NCBI GenBank assembly: GCA_964187785.1
Contig: OZ076410.1
Span: 27,528,001 to 27,592,000 of the forward strand
Direction of reading: 5' to 3'
DNA: 64,000 nt
DNA from: Amphiscolops sp. MND2022
Taxonomy: Eukaryota
In this document: positions 1 to 13,262 of the stretch, one piece after another
Numbering within the stretch: position 1 is the first letter of the stretch
How the letters are laid out: each line of letters starts with the position of its first letter
Made by a program: the position numbers and the translations under genes
The notes under the pieces: generated by a model
Told to the model about the DNA's origin: nothing
Database searches by the model: none
What the model saw: only the letters and a program-made list of their open reading frames with translations

Positions 1-1219
1 GTTCTTCCAAATTGGTAACTGTTCCGTAATTCCACGATTTCACTGTCTTTTTCCAATTTTATTGCGTATAATTTGACAAGAACTGTACACGACTTTGTGC
101 TTTCAATGCACTTCATTTCATTGCCAAGATGCATTTTCATGTAGCGGAGATAAATAAATTTAAAAGTATTGAAACTTTAAATTTTGTTTCAAGCTCATGT
201 TTTTAGAGCACACTGGGACATTTTCAATTGCCTTGAAGGAATAAAAGGAAGTCCATTCACTGGTTCCGAACTGTAGCAATTACAGACCAATAGTCATCCT
301 AGGCACCAACTATACTGAAAATCCTGCGCATGGTCAGCGTATGTCTACTGTTGAATCCGTCATATTCGCTAAGGATCGAAAGAAATAGTACGAATAAAAC
401 AGGTCGAAACAGGGGTCTCAGATGCATACCAACTAAATGAAGATCCTAATTATCCGGATGCGATTTAACCGGAGTTGACTGTAGTAATTGTAAGGTTTCA
501 CTAACCATAAGGCTCGAACAAATTGGAAAAAAGGACGCACGAGATGATTTTGAACCGTTCTGAACGATGGAAAGTCTCAAATTATTGTGAGGAAAGCAAA
601 AGGAGTCCCTACATTATAAAAATCCCTGTCTCAGTAGTTTCTTCATTACACCTTTAGGTAGAGCCTGGGCGAGATAAAATTTTAGCTTCATCGATTAATC
701 GTTTAAAATTTCCGGTTAATTTGTAAACTGATATCACATTCGTTTACCAGAGAGAGGTTTTGAACACAAAAGATTGTTGCGTCGAATCGTTGAAACGAAA
801 TTCAATCTAATTTTCATTACAAGGCGCGAATTTTCAACTTTACCAAAAATATGACCGAGAGTTTTCAAAATCTGAACCAGCTGTGGTAGCCTTTATTCGT
901 TCTTCAGTTTGATTTTTAGATCATTGTAGAGAGCATACGTTCATCCATTGGGCGCGGGTCTAGCTAACTGGTTAATTTTTTAATTAAGAGTTAAGTAACC
1001 GTTTAACTGGTCCAGGTTTTACCTTTGGGCATTTTTTGGGAATATCTAGCGGTACATACAATGTTTGCAGTTGTAGTTTGTTAGATGTAACTAAAATTCA
1101 AACTTTCCAATTTCCGCAGAGGATTGTGGCATTAGCGCCAAAGCAGCAGATTTTTACTGCATGTTTCTGCTGCGCAAGTGTTGCCCAGCCTTCCTTTCTT
1201 GAAGCTAGTTTGATTGAAG

Positions 1220-1452
1220 GACGCGATCACGTGGTACTATTGGTGGATGAGCTGGACATGTTGCTGACGAGCAAGCAGGAGATTCTCTACAACCTGTTCG
1301 AATGGCCCTCCAGCAAAGCCAACCCCAAACTGGTTGTGTTGTGCATAGCTAACACCATGGATCTCCCGGAACGAGTCATGCTCAAGAGGGTCTCCAGTCG
1401 CCTCGGACTAACCAGGGTCGTATTCAAGCCCTACACTTTCACACAACTTAGA
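1220..1452 (+). CDS. ORC1: Origin recognition complex subunit 1, internal exon (AAA+ Walker B / sensor region)
   Basis: Translation [26 protein letters not shown]...[40 protein letters not shown] has ORC1-type motifs (DELD Walker [18 protein letters not shown]). Phase-0 GT donor at 1453. The 5' boundary (AG at 1218-1219) is tentative; upstream exons were not identified. Confidence 0.85.
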
Positions 1453-1822
1453 GTTAGAAATTGACATGTTCTTTATGATGTATTGTTTTTGAACCTTTCT
1501 GTAGTCAATCTCTTTCTACTGGAGGTGGTGTTTTTTTTCGATTAATCAAAGCATTACATACTCAGCTACAGGTTAGTTTGATAGTTTTAAAAGTTGCTTA
1601 AGACTTCTCTCGAATGTGACCATACCTTACACCAGACACCTATCGATTTCAAAATAATGTTTCCTTCAAAAATTTTCGCTGAAATAGTCATGCCAGTTTA
1701 CTCAAAAATCTGTTGATGTATCCTCACAGAGAAAGTCTCAGTGTAGAAATGGATGTACGAATTGCCCTCGCGTTTTGCTTAAGTTAATGATACATGATGA
1801 CCAAATTACAGCTTTTTCGAAG

Positions 1823-2329
1823 GAAATAATCGCAAGCAGAGTTCATCGGAGTCAAGTATTTGACGCTGATGCAATTGAGTTCGCGGCCCGAAAAATGTCG
1901 GCACTTTCTGGCGACGCAAGAAGAGCCCTGGACATATGTAGACGCGCCACCGAGCTGGCACAAAACTCAGATTCTTCTGTCACCATACGTCACATCAAGG
2001 AAGCATTTGGTGAAATGTTTCAATCCAAAAAAATGCAAGCACTCAAACAGTGCAGTGCCCATGAGAAGATCATCCTGAGAGGAATCGTGAGTGAGTTCAG
2101 GAGATGTGGAATTGAGGAGGCTAACATGCTGGAAGTGTATAGACAGTATAAAAGCATTTGTTCTCTCGAGGGTATTTTGAGTATGGACTCTTCTCCTTTT
2201 CTCAGGGCCACTGCTAATCTGGATGCCATGAAGTTGGTAGTTTTTGAAGGCTCCAAATATGGACTCCGACAAAAAGTCATTTTGAATGTCAATGTCGATG
2301 ATGTCAATTTTGCGTATTCCAAGTCTTGA
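1823..2329 (+). CDS. ORC1: ORC1 terminal exon (lid helices and winged-helix domain)
   Basis: AG acceptor at 1821-1822 joins in frame to give PYTFTQLR|EIIASRV...AIEFAARKMSALSGDARRALDICRRATE, the ORC1/CDC6 sensor-2 signature. Stop TGA at 2327-2329; intron 1453-1822. Confidence 0.88.
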   Translation, partial: EIIASRVHRSQVFDADAIEFAARKMSALSGDARRALDICRRATELAQNSDSSVTIRHIKEAFGEMFQSKKMQALKQCSAHEKIILRGIVSEFRRCGIEEANMLEVYRQYKSICSLEGILSMDSSPFLRATANLDAMKLVVFEGSKYGLRQKVILNVNVDDVNFAYSKS

Positions 2330-4856
2330 TTTTTGCTTTCGCAGGTTGTTTTGTGTACTTTTTGATAATTGATGTTTTGTACTTTTTGATCATGTGATTT
2401 GTTTTTTTAGTGCTTTTTGAATTGAAATTTTTTATATCGATCTATAGACTTAATCTTGAACGTTTTGATGAAAATCGATCAACAGTATGTTTCTGAAGAT
2501 TGTTTTAAAGGAACGCAAGATTGTTTTAAATGAACTTGAGTATCTTTTCGTAGGTAAAAAAAAATTAGTTCAACGAAAAGCTCAACATATGATTGCACGC
2601 TTTTAGAGCAACCGGATTATTGGATGGTACTCGAATGGCTCAAGCGTCCGATTTATCCCAAGCGTTTCATTGCTGGCTGATCCCATTGAGCTATCAAGTT
2701 TCCGTGTTTCTTTTTGATATTGTTAAATTAATAAACAGATCTATGACAAATCTTCAAAGAACTATTTAAAAATTCATGGTCTTGGCTCTTTTTCAAGATG
2801 AAAGTGAATAATTTTATATGCACAAGCTCAAAATGTTTGAAGTGAGGCTTGTTCTTCATTCAATTCTACAGCACTTGCGTCCGAAAAACACTACTGAAGT
2901 AACTAAAAAACTAAATGGACCTCATAAAACATGAATGAATGTTTCATTATCTTAAATTTATTCTCAATTACAACGGTCCTTTCAGTTGGTACGACTGCCA
3001 ATTAAAATCTTAGGAAAGCATTTAAACGGTTGAAGCGGTTTTTATTACCCATTTTGATGGTAAGATGATTTGTGCTACCCAAAAAAAACTAAACCTATTT
3101 GGCGCGTTATACCAAAGCTTCAGATTTGACAATCCCATGGACTACTTTCGGACTGAAAAATATCACTAAGTTTTTCACAATATTTTTGCTTTTTTAAAAG
3201 CCTTATTTTTTTATTTTCATCAATGTTTCTCTTTCGAAGCTTCGTTTCTTATCATTTAAACCGCATTGATATAATTTTTGACACTGGACTGCAATTTCGG
3301 GGCTACTTTCGTCTGAATTTTCAGTGTTTCATTTTGTTTCTCCACTTGGAACTTCAAGTTTTATTGTGTAATTATCTCAGGTACATGTTTCCAAGCTACT
3401 CACAGCTTTGTCGGATTATTATAACTGGAAAAGTGAAACTTGTGTTCCTGTTTTACTGGATATTTTGTTTCTTGAAACTCCTAGTTGTAGCGGCGTTCTT
3501 TCTCCATAATTTCCGCATCAAACCACCAGAACAACTGACAGTCAGCCTTGTGGATTGTTATGTTTGCAAAACTAGACAGGAGCAAAAAGACCCCTCAAAG
3601 TTTTGTGGCACTGAGCAATGTTTTTGAAATGTTATTCATTTAACCAAGAAGTCCGATTTTCGTTTTCAAAATGTTTTCGGTTGAGGAAATGAATTTTTCA
3701 CCCTGAAGGATTTTTAGGAATTTTTAACGTCCTAAATTGAATCATACTAAATACATTTTCTAATATAACAATGAAACATTGGGTAATTTTGATGTCATCC
3801 GAATTCTATTACATTTTGCCTAGAAGAGCGAATTCGTACTAAACCAGTGCCGAGGTCTATACTTTTTAAAGTCTAATCTGATGATGTTTCTGATGTAACG
3901 TGATTTACAGAAAAGCCCGATTTTCAAAAAACTGATGTTACCTTCCAGCGTTTTGCTTAAAGATTAACAAGGCGGGAACGTATCAACCCGGCGTTCCGCT
4001 TCAGGCTCAAAAACCGCCAAGTTTCAAAAATATGCTCAGGGCGATCCATCAATCATAGGAGTATCAAACAAGTGGCAGCTAGATGCTACTAAATTACCTT
4101 AAAGAAATGCTTATAAAAATGTCAAATCGATGGTCTTACAAATACAAAATTCGGATGTAGGACAATTTTTTCGAACCACCGCCTTCCGCTTCCATCTTAG
4201 TAAAACGCATTTTGTTTCAGAGATAACGTCAAAATTTCAGATATAGCGTGCTGAGACAATGGAGTACTTTTTTTCACCTCCGCATCTCACTTCTCAGTAA
4301 AGCACAATATAGTTTGGATAAACGCCAAAAATTCGGATATAGCGCAATATTTTCGAAGCTCGACCAACCTGCAACAAAACTTACTACGGATATAACGTCA
4401 AAATATTACGCTCTGGGCCACTAAGAAAACCTAGTTTATAGACGAAAAACATTCATTTTGAAAAACTTCAATGCCGAAAAAGGGGTACCCTTCGGGTTTT
4501 TTAACATCCAATATGTTGCAAAATATCAACAAATTCGAAGGGGGAACTTTCAGTCTCGTCCGGTTTGTGTTACGTTAAGAAAAAGGAAATAAGCTGTGAA
4601 CGGCATAAGTCGGCGCCACATCTAAGGATACATCAAAGCAGTTATGGGGAGTAGTGCGCCAACCTTCGGTACTCGGGGAGGACGTTATTGTCCAGTTAAT
4701 TGTAACTGATGAAAGATTATTACCATTGTAAGAATTGAATTGAGTGAAACTCGAATTTCAAATACACACTCACAAAAATGAATCATATCAAACAAATCAT
4801 TGCAGCAAAATAGTTTGTTCATTGTTCTCATCTGACTTCTGTTTAATTTAGCTTAC

Positions 4857-5048
4857 ATCTTTCGCTTTATACTCCGAAGGGTCGCTTTCATGAGTTTGAC
4901 TGTCTTTCAAACTAATGACCACGTTTTGGTTTGTCTCGTATTTAGCGGAAAGTAGATCTATGGGACAACAAATAATTTTTTGATTTATAGAATCTGTCAG
5001 TTCGAGAAAGCCACCACTACAGTATGCGTTTTCCATCGAAAGCACCAA
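4857..5048 (-). pseudogene. Isolated CUB-like exon fragment
   Basis: ATTAG acceptor, 64 open codons and a GTAAGC donor (phase 0-0). Translation ...YCSGGFLELTDSINQKIICC...KYETNQNVVISL resembles the C-terminal half of a CUB domain. No complete gene could be assembled. Confidence 0.3.
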
Positions 5049-5594
5049 CTAATGAAACTGCATTCTAATATAGCGTTCTTAACGATGAAAATGCGCTAAC
5101 CCCGTATTGTTGGCGTTATATCATCGAAATGTGTTATGCCTCAACGGAATGAGAGCAAACGAAGTACTTTTTTGATTTGCCCTTTTGGAATTTGCCGTTT
5201 GCTTCACTCATATATGCATGAACTCCTTTTCAGATTTGTAAAAGCGCTATTCAGTTTACATGATTCCGTTACTTTTTCAAACTATTGAGTCTGGAAAGGT
5301 GTTCCTCCTACAGACGGCTTGTAAGAGTGAATAGAAATATCACAAAGCCACTCTGCCTCTTAGAGCATTTCATTTCGTTGAATTTAAAACCAAATCTCAA
5401 GTTGTTAAGTTCAAACGTTTGGTTGCACAAAACATGCAAGTGACAAAAACATTCTACCTTCAAGATAGAAAATATGTGAGTTTTGTTTTTAAGAGATTGT
5501 ATTTGTGTGGGCGGTAAAATGTCTATCAAAAGAAAATTGTTTTTTAATTTTGTGGGAAAATGAAAAAAGAAGCTTCGCAATCAGAAAACCTGAA

Positions 5595-6508
5595 TCATTC
5601 GGGATTGACCACCCACGTTCTCCGTCTTTTATAATGCAGCATGGCATTAACTTTCACAACACTGATAAACGCCACTTTGTACGCCCACTGAAGGGTGTCA
5701 AATGCTGTCAGTATACTCCAGCCCAGCCATAGACCCAAGTTTCCTCCAATAGTGCCAAAAATGATTGTTGCATTGTACTTCGGTGTCTCATTGACAGTAA
5801 CATATACTAATGATTGGAAGTGCACTTCAACTCTTGCAAAGTCTGAACTCACAACTTCTCGCAACGTTTCCAAACTCCAATCTTTGTTTTGAAGCTGAGC
5901 AAGTTTGGTTTTTAGGAATTTTCTGAGAGTGCTTGAATTTGAGCTTTGCATCATTGAAATGAAGTATGGTGCAAAGTCTGGGGACGGCCAAGGTGCGTTT
6001 GATATCAACAGTCGGTGGGCGGTTTCGAAACATGGGTTGTGACAGTTGCAGGATCTGTGACCCACTTCAAAGTCATAGTAAATTCTTGTTACACATTGGT
6101 AGGTTGTGCTGTTCCAAACATCGCAGTCGACCATTGCTAGATCTCTGGTTGTTTCGTTGGAGGTGAACCTCCAATCAAAAGTGTCGCAACATCCGCAAGT
6201 TTCAGCCAGAGCTTTTTGTTTGCAAAGATACACGCAGAACTCCAAAGTATACCGGTATTGTTGATATTCCGGACTCAACTGCAAGAATTCAGGCCAGTCT
6301 TCCATACAGTTGGAGTAGGGGTATTTCTCCCTCCTAACATTTTCCTGGTGCAAGGATATGACAGTGTTCATCCCCGCTCCCACCTGGACCCCTTTTGTCA
6401 GAAGAGGCGGGTACTCATCTGAGTTGTGAACAACCAAACGAGCTCCTACATGATGGCCCAAAACGCCGAAGTATTCGTCTTTTTCTAGGAAAAGCTGGAA
6501 CTCGAGGC
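5595..6508 (-). CDS. DEG/ENaC (amiloride-sensitive sodium channel family) gene, terminal exon: palm/thumb cysteine-rich region, TM2
   Basis: GLEFQLFLEKDEY, GARLVVH, Cys-rich thumb (YTLEFCVYLCKQ..CGCC..CNCHNPC) and TM2 GTIGGNLGLWLGWSILT with a GxS filter motif. TTTCAG acceptor, phase 1; stop at 5595-5597. Confidence 0.93.
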
Positions 6509-6842
6509 CTGAAATTGGGAAACAAATTTTACTGCTAGGAGCGTATTTAAGTGGTTGAAATAAGCTTCGATGACCGAGTTCCATTACAAATGAAAGAAGG
6601 AATTTTCCGAAAGAAAAGAAACCACTGAACATGAAAATGACAAGTTATCTTCACAACATGCCTCATCGGCTAAAATATTTATACAACATTACTTGCTCAA
6701 TTGTAAGTTATTGTAATACAGCAACCGAATCTATGAATTTGTTGACTTCTTCAGTGGAAAGAATGACACACTTTTATTTTGCAAGTTTCATGTTTCTGAA
6801 GTTTTGAGCTTAGGATTTTAGAGCAATTGTCAGATCTCGAAC

Positions 6843-7193
6843 CTGTACCCGATCCGATTTTGGAAGTGAACTTCGGCCCATTTAGGTTGCTGGATTCCCC
6901 GCGAACGTCAACCACTGCATTGAATGTGAAGCAGTTTCCGTAAGATACATGTTGGAATGTTTTGAAATCTGTCAGGTTGCAAGGATCGTTGTCAAAATTG
7001 CACTGGACTATGAAGTCTCTCTTTTGATGGCCATTGCCCACTATTTCATTTTCTTTGAAACGCAGAAACTTCTTGAAATCCGTCAGACCGGGAGATTTAT
7101 GGGCAATTGAGAACCAGTCGTACCTGTCAACGTTTTCTGCAAAGTTGATGTCGGATTGTTGCTGGTTTCGGAATGCGTATCCCTGAACATATG
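6843..7193 (-). CDS. DEG/ENaC gene, internal exon (end of finger, beta-ball/palm)
   Basis: GHQKRDFIVQCNFDNDPC and YGNCFTFN are DEG/ENaC hallmark motifs. TTTTTAG acceptor (phase 1) at 7194; phase-1 GT donor at 6842 joins to give KIGSGTG|LEFQL. Confidence 0.92.
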
Positions 7194-7369
7194 CTAAAAA
7201 CGAAAATAAAGATAAAATCATTCAATTCCCGAAAATTCCCAATTTTAGTAGAGGCTTGATATAAAATTGGGATCGTTTTCTAGAAGCTCATAATGTCGTA
7301 ATACAACACAAAATGTAAATAACACAAATAATAATTGCTTTTGTATCCTAAAGCAGAAAGGTGGGGTGT

Positions 7370-7839
7370 CACGAAGCAGAATATTCACTAAGCCGAAAAA
7401 TTGAAAGTATTCACTAAGCCGAAAAATACAATGAAATGTATACTGTTACAGCCAATATGTATGGAACTTGATTTATTTGAATAGGTTAGAATATTTGTTG
7501 TACGGCTCGGTCGCTTTGCTCCCTTCGCCAGGTAGCAACATTGAGGCATGGCCAAATGGCACGTCGCTCCGCTTCGCTTCGCTCCTGCATTTAGGGCACT
7601 AGGAGTATGTGAACATAGCTGACTGGGGGAAATTGAAAATTTTATTTTTTTATAAAATTTCTGAACGGACTTCGTTCCGGTCCGCCCGCGTCAGCCAATT
7701 AGATTGCAGAGAATTATACAGTGCTACGTAATTTTCGGCTTAGTGAATACTTTCGTTTTTTCGGCTTAGTGAATACTTTCGTTTTTTCGGCTTAGTGAAT
7801 ACTTTCGTTTTTTCGGCTTAGTGAATATTCTGCTTCGTG
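7370..7839. mobile_element. MITE/foldback-like element (~470 bp) with terminal inverted repeats built from 26-bp subrepeats
   Basis: Starts CACGAAGCAGAATATTCACTAAGCCGAAAA and ends with its reverse complement. Two subrepeats on the left, four 26-bp tandem copies on the right (7731-7827). No TSD found. Confidence 0.65.
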
Positions 7840-10800
7840 GGAAGCCCCCAGCAGAAATATTGCTAAGCCTCGCATGTGTGAATTTTCTTTTAGAAAATGA
7901 TCATGTGAGTTTTTGCAGCCATTTCAGTGATTGTCGTGAAATTGTCCCTATACATGCTTCAATTAGATCGCGTAAAAAGAATCCTATGAAATGTTCGAGA
8001 CCATTCTATGATTGATCATACTATATAATGAAAATTTCAATTCTCAGCAGCGTATAAAGTGAATCTATGAACAATTCCAAAAATTAAGGAAAATTAATAT
8101 TAGTTATTAAAGTAGTTGCATTTTCCGTCCTCATTCAATGTCATTCAATTTTTACGAACTTGGTTAGACGAAGGAAAACAGAGACAAGTCCAAGATGCTG
8201 CGTCCAATGAAATGAACGCCCAAGCTGCGGAGGGTTTTTATTTTACGTTAGTTAATCTTTTAGGTTTAATAAATAATTTAAACAATGAATTTAAAACCCC
8301 TGCCTCATCTGATGCGGCCAAAAGGATGCATTTGTAATTGATGTGCAAGATCATGAAAATTAAAGATATTTAAAATTTTGGTTTCGCTTGAGCTTTAGAT
8401 ATGCTCAGTGCTCAAACATATCTAACCTCAACTTTAGATTTTAGTAATATAATTTTTACCAATTGGTTACCAATTACTAGTTTAAACTAGTACCATGAAT
8501 GTTCTGAAAACCAGTAAGATTTTGAAAAAAAACTATAAAGGACACAATACAAAATATCACCTGTCAGATGACAAAATTATTATTCAAAACCTTTGTTTCT
8601 TCTCCGAAGTTGTCATTCAGACATGTTTCATACAGCTGTCACTGCTAATTTATTCATTAACCTTCATTGTTTTCTGGTGAAATGCGGAAGTTCTTTTTTC
8701 ATTCAGTAAAGAAGATTTACTTAGAAAAACACTCAAGATATCCGTTGATTGTTTGTAAAGAATTTCTCGGTTTTGGAAAGTATTTCAATCTAACCTGTCA
8801 GTATAGCTTATTTTTAAGATTATTCTAATTGAAAAGTCCTTTTGCAACAAAAAGCGCGACAGAATGTCTGGCAACAGCCATGTTTTCATGAACTTTTGGT
8901 TTCAGTCATAAACGTTTGTTTTTGAAAATTGAACCGCTGAATTAAATCTGAGATGAGAAAATAAGATCTCAAATTAACCGAATTTGGCTTAAAATTACTG
9001 AACGAAGGTTTAACATTACTCGAAGGAGATCTAAAGTCACCAAAATATACTAAAATCACTATTAAAAACATCCAGACACTCCTGAAAAATACGCAGAAGT
9101 ATTGGTGGTAAAAACTATCAAACAGCCAACGCGGAAAATATCTAAAATCATCCTTTCACATGTAGATCCAACTCAGCCCGCAATGTCATGAAATTTGATG
9201 ATTTTTCTTTCAAAAAGCAAAGATACGACCTTTTTTAAGAGAGCGCAATCATGTCCGACTAGGAAGAATTGTGAACAAAATACATGACAAATGAAAACAC
9301 CCAAGCTTACTTATAACACAGACTGTGATGTAAACGCATTTAATATGGATATTCAAGACAACAGAACACACGGTAATATTTCCAGGCGCTCCAAATTGAG
9401 GGAACTCAGATTGGCCCTTCAACCTGTGAGAATTCAAAATTTTGATTAGATGACACTGTGATTGTAAATGAGGACTGTATTGGAGAGGATTACCACACAT
9501 CGTACCTGCAACGTCGGAAACGGCTATCTGTTTTGCTAGAATTGAAGTCAACATTCAACAATCTTGTTCAATAAATGCGTTCAATTTGGAAGGATGGTCT
9601 TGTTTTTCTTTCTGCGCACATTTGAGCGAAAATTAATTTAGGATCTACCAGTCGAAAGCGTTATGACAAATGACGCATCTTACCTTACGCTTTACAAAGT
9701 TTTTGAATTTCTTGCCAAGATCTAAGAGTTTCCTGCAAATCGCCTCCACCTCTAGGTGTTCTATCTTTAACTAAGGTTCTAAAAAAAGTTATATTTACGA
9801 AGATCAATTTGTAGTCAACTAGATGGTAACACAATGCACATACGGAATGAATATCTATCTATATAGTGAATCAGTACCATGCTGGAAAGATATGTAAACA
9901 GACATTCTCCTTTGGCAAGTCAAGATCCAACAGTCTTTTGTATTGGCAGCTACTCCAATTAATTCGTCTGTCGCCGTATTACACTAGAAGCCCTTGATAT
10001 GATCTTCAAAAGTCTCGAAATACTGTTAATAAAGCCTTTCCACAAATGTCTTATCAAGACAATCAAGAAGTGGAAACGTCGGACAGATATTCAAAAAAGT
10101 TCGTGCGGGATTGAAGGCTCAACTATGTTTATGTTTTTCCAGCTTCAAGACTGGTTGTTACAACAAGTTAGGACGGAAAGCTCAGCAATTTTCAACAAAT
10201 TCTTCAGTATTCATTTCTTGCATCTTTTTCTCTAGCTTCTCATTCATAACTTTTCTTAACTCTGACATCTCTTTGTTTGTTCTATCAGCAAGCTTTTGCG
10301 TCCGCTATAATCGTTTAAAACTGCTTCTTTACTCCTACCTGAAATAATTTTTTTCATAGTTACCAAGAGTTGCAAATTTAGTGTCATTACTTTGTGACGC
10401 TTTTGCTTCTAAAGCACATGTCTCTCTCTGTCTCAAGTGGGGCAGTTGTCACGTTTTAGACCTTCTGTTTCTCTTGTTTCCATTGTTCAGTCAGCATGAA
10501 GTAATGTTTTGGTGGAGAAAGGAATTTCAATTGAAATTGAGAAAAGGAAATGATATAGAGACGAAAACAAAATTCAAGAAGTCAAACATAGTGTCAGTTG
10601 ATGAAATGAAACGGAAGGTAAAGCAGAAATAGCTAAAAAAGCTTTCGAAGAGGTAAATGTAGGTTTGCTTTTAGGTAGTTTGGTTTGAAGAATGATTGCG
10701 CGTGGTGTTTTCTAACTCTCTGCTTACTGGTATCTCCCCTAGTTGAGACTGCAGGAACTTTTTACATGCTGCAGGCCTGCATGCAGGGTAATTGTTTATA

Positions 10801-12435
10801 AAACCTAGAAAATTCAGGGTAATTCAGGTGGTAAATCTTGTAGAATTACACTGCATTTTCCACAACTGCAATTAAATTTGAAAAAAGATACAACATCATC
10901 ACCGACACGACCTTATTGTATTTACAATTTGCTTTCTCAACTACTCGTCCGATGTGATCACCGCGTCTCAAATAGGACGCTAAACATGACGGTATATTGC
11001 AGTTTATTAGGTGACTGAAGTAATTTTGCAGTAAAATGGCTGTTAAACTGAGAGCAATTTATTTGCTTTTAAAATGAGAACTGCTTCTTAATGAAACCTG
11101 CAAAACTTCAAGGCGTAAAATTGCCGCCAAAACTTTGATGAAGCTTTCAAGCAGCTTGATAAAAGTCGAATACAACATGTAAATATTTTCTCATTAAAAA
11201 TTCCGTAAGAGTTTTAGAAAATCATAATAAAAGTTGCTGGCAACATTAAAGTACATGTAAAAAGTTCAAGAAGTTTCAACAAGGGTCCTTTTAGTTACAT
11301 GACAATCATTGTTTAGGGAACCATCCCTGCATCAACATTATGTAACTATTTGAAAAAGCGCCCAGTTATATCATCAGTTATATGAATTAGATTGTACATG
11401 ACGTCATAACTATAAATATATAAATAGAATCCTTCATGAAACTTTTAAACCTGCCTTCTGATTGCCTGACAATAGTGGTACTTTTATTTGCGTGAAACTG
11501 TTCACACCGTTATGTTGAGAATAGGTGAGAATTGACTCGGAATTTCGGAAACGATGTACAGCTGAGACTTTTGTGAACCAATGACATTTCTAAAATGAAC
11601 CCATGTACAATATTTGAAATAACGAGTAACACTAGTCTAAGAAAGATACTATCAATTATTCATTTTTAATGTCAGAAAAAATCTACTGCTTTATGTTGAG
11701 TTTCGCATTTGTATCAACTGTTTAAGTTTTACTACTGCGTTAGGACTCTGTAAATTTCAATCGTACCACAGTTTCATTAAAGCTGAATAAACTGTTTAGA
11801 TGCAAATAGTGTAGAGGCCGCATTTAATCGTTGTTTATGAAAACGTAATATTCATATCAATTTCAAGTGTTACTTGACTTGCTTAGTAAGACGACAATGT
11901 TTATCTCGGGAATCATAATAACATCCGGTACAAATAAACAATACTAAAATTGAAATACAGCACAAGTTTTGAAGTGTGAATGTTTTCAGTGACTCTTCGA
12001 AGCTTCTTTTGCACTCAGTGCTGCTCACCGGATCCAAGGGAAGTCTAGGCTGCGACAGATGGTTTAAGTACACATTTGCGAGAAAACCAGTCTTGTGAAG
12101 TAGCTACAAACTTACGTTCCACCAGCAATTTTATTGTTAAGGTGTTACTGTTTCTGAAATATTGGAACTTCTCTTCTGTTGCGTCTCTTGTGGAATCTAT
12201 TGAATGCAACGTTTTTGTCGTAGGTCGTGTCATGTGGAATTTCAAAAGTTTCACTAGCTTCTGACTTCCAAATACACGGACCATGGTTTGAGATAGCTCC
12301 AAAGATTCTTAGCAGTTGGGAACAACATGTGTCGAAAACTGTTTTTGGGATTTCAATTGTTTTTGTGCTCTGATTATTGCCTTTAAATTTTGGTAAATTG
12401 CAAGAATGGATGTTGAAAAATCACAAATGTTTCCC

Positions 12436-13114
12436 TGAAAAGGCCTGAAAATCAGTACAGAAAAAGGACATCAAATTGGGTGACTTTGCAGAGCCATAAC
12501 TCTGACCCCAATGGAAGAATCAACTCCAAAATAGCGGTGAACCCAATTATTTGAGCCAAACTACCGATTTAGCACAAAAAACTGGAAATCAAAGCAACTT
12601 TTTTTCAAAAAAAGTTTTTATGGGGGGTTTTTGGACTTTTCGATCAATATATCACTTTTATGGTAAATAATGCCCTCCATTTCCTGTTTAACCCACTTTA
12701 GCCGTCATATTTGTTTGTGATCGTGTTGTGAGAACATATTTGAGTATTTGTAGCCAATATTAGCCTACTTAGATAGGCAGAAAGTGCCCAAGATAGTGTA
12801 TTTACTGACCACGGAAGTGTAGTTACTTGTTGAATATCAGCGGATATACTCTCATAATTTCATATTTACGCATAAATATTTACTTCTATATTGTTTACTC
12901 TATTAGTCGATGTACCTGAGATGTTGTATAACCATATTGGAACGGAAAATTGACTTCTTGAAAGCAAGTTGTGGCTGTTTTAGAAGTTGAAATATTCAGT
13001 TTTCATCACGGATTCGTAAAGTTTTCGGGAACTTTACAAATTTTTGCAAGTTAAATTTATCCCAGGGACAGGCCGACGGTTCGAACGCATTAGCTACTAG
13101 AACCAGCCTGTACA
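12436..13114 (+). repeat. BEL element 5' LTR
   Basis: TGAAAAGGCCTG...CCTGTACA; about 10 mismatches by eye against 19890-20568. Confidence 0.95.
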
Positions 13115-13117
13115 TTT

Positions 13118-13135
13118 TGGTGCCGCGACCCGGGA
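13118..13135 (+). promoter_or_regulatory. Primer binding site of BEL element (tRNA-His-like)
   Basis: TGGTGCCGCGACCCGGGA, 3 nt after the LTR; resembles the complement of the tRNA-His 3' end (TGGTGCCGTGAC...). Confidence 0.6.
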
Positions 13136-13262
13136 AGGTTGCGTATTTGTTAACCATCTTTGATTTCTTCTGTTCTTCAATTCTCAGCTTTGTGAGATTT
13201 GCAGAAACCCAACTGGTTTGCTCCTATCTTGAAGAAGAGCAATATTCTTATTCGACTGGACA

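Noticed and set aside
300-560. tRNA- or rRNA-like segment
   Set aside because: No cloverleaf or conserved rRNA motif could be built.
1220-2329. CDC6 as alternative identity
   Set aside because: [17 protein letters not shown] and SGDARR match the ORC1 pattern better than CDC6 (IANALDLTDR, GDxRKALD).
7731-7827. 26-bp tandem repeats as a CRISPR array
   Set aside because: Repeats are contiguous with no unique spacers, there are no cas genes, the context is eukaryotic, and they form one arm of an inverted repeat.
8380-8500. Short palindromes (AGATATG...CATATCT; ACTAGTTTAAACTAGT)
   Set aside because: Too short and AT-rich to distinguish from chance or old MITE debris.
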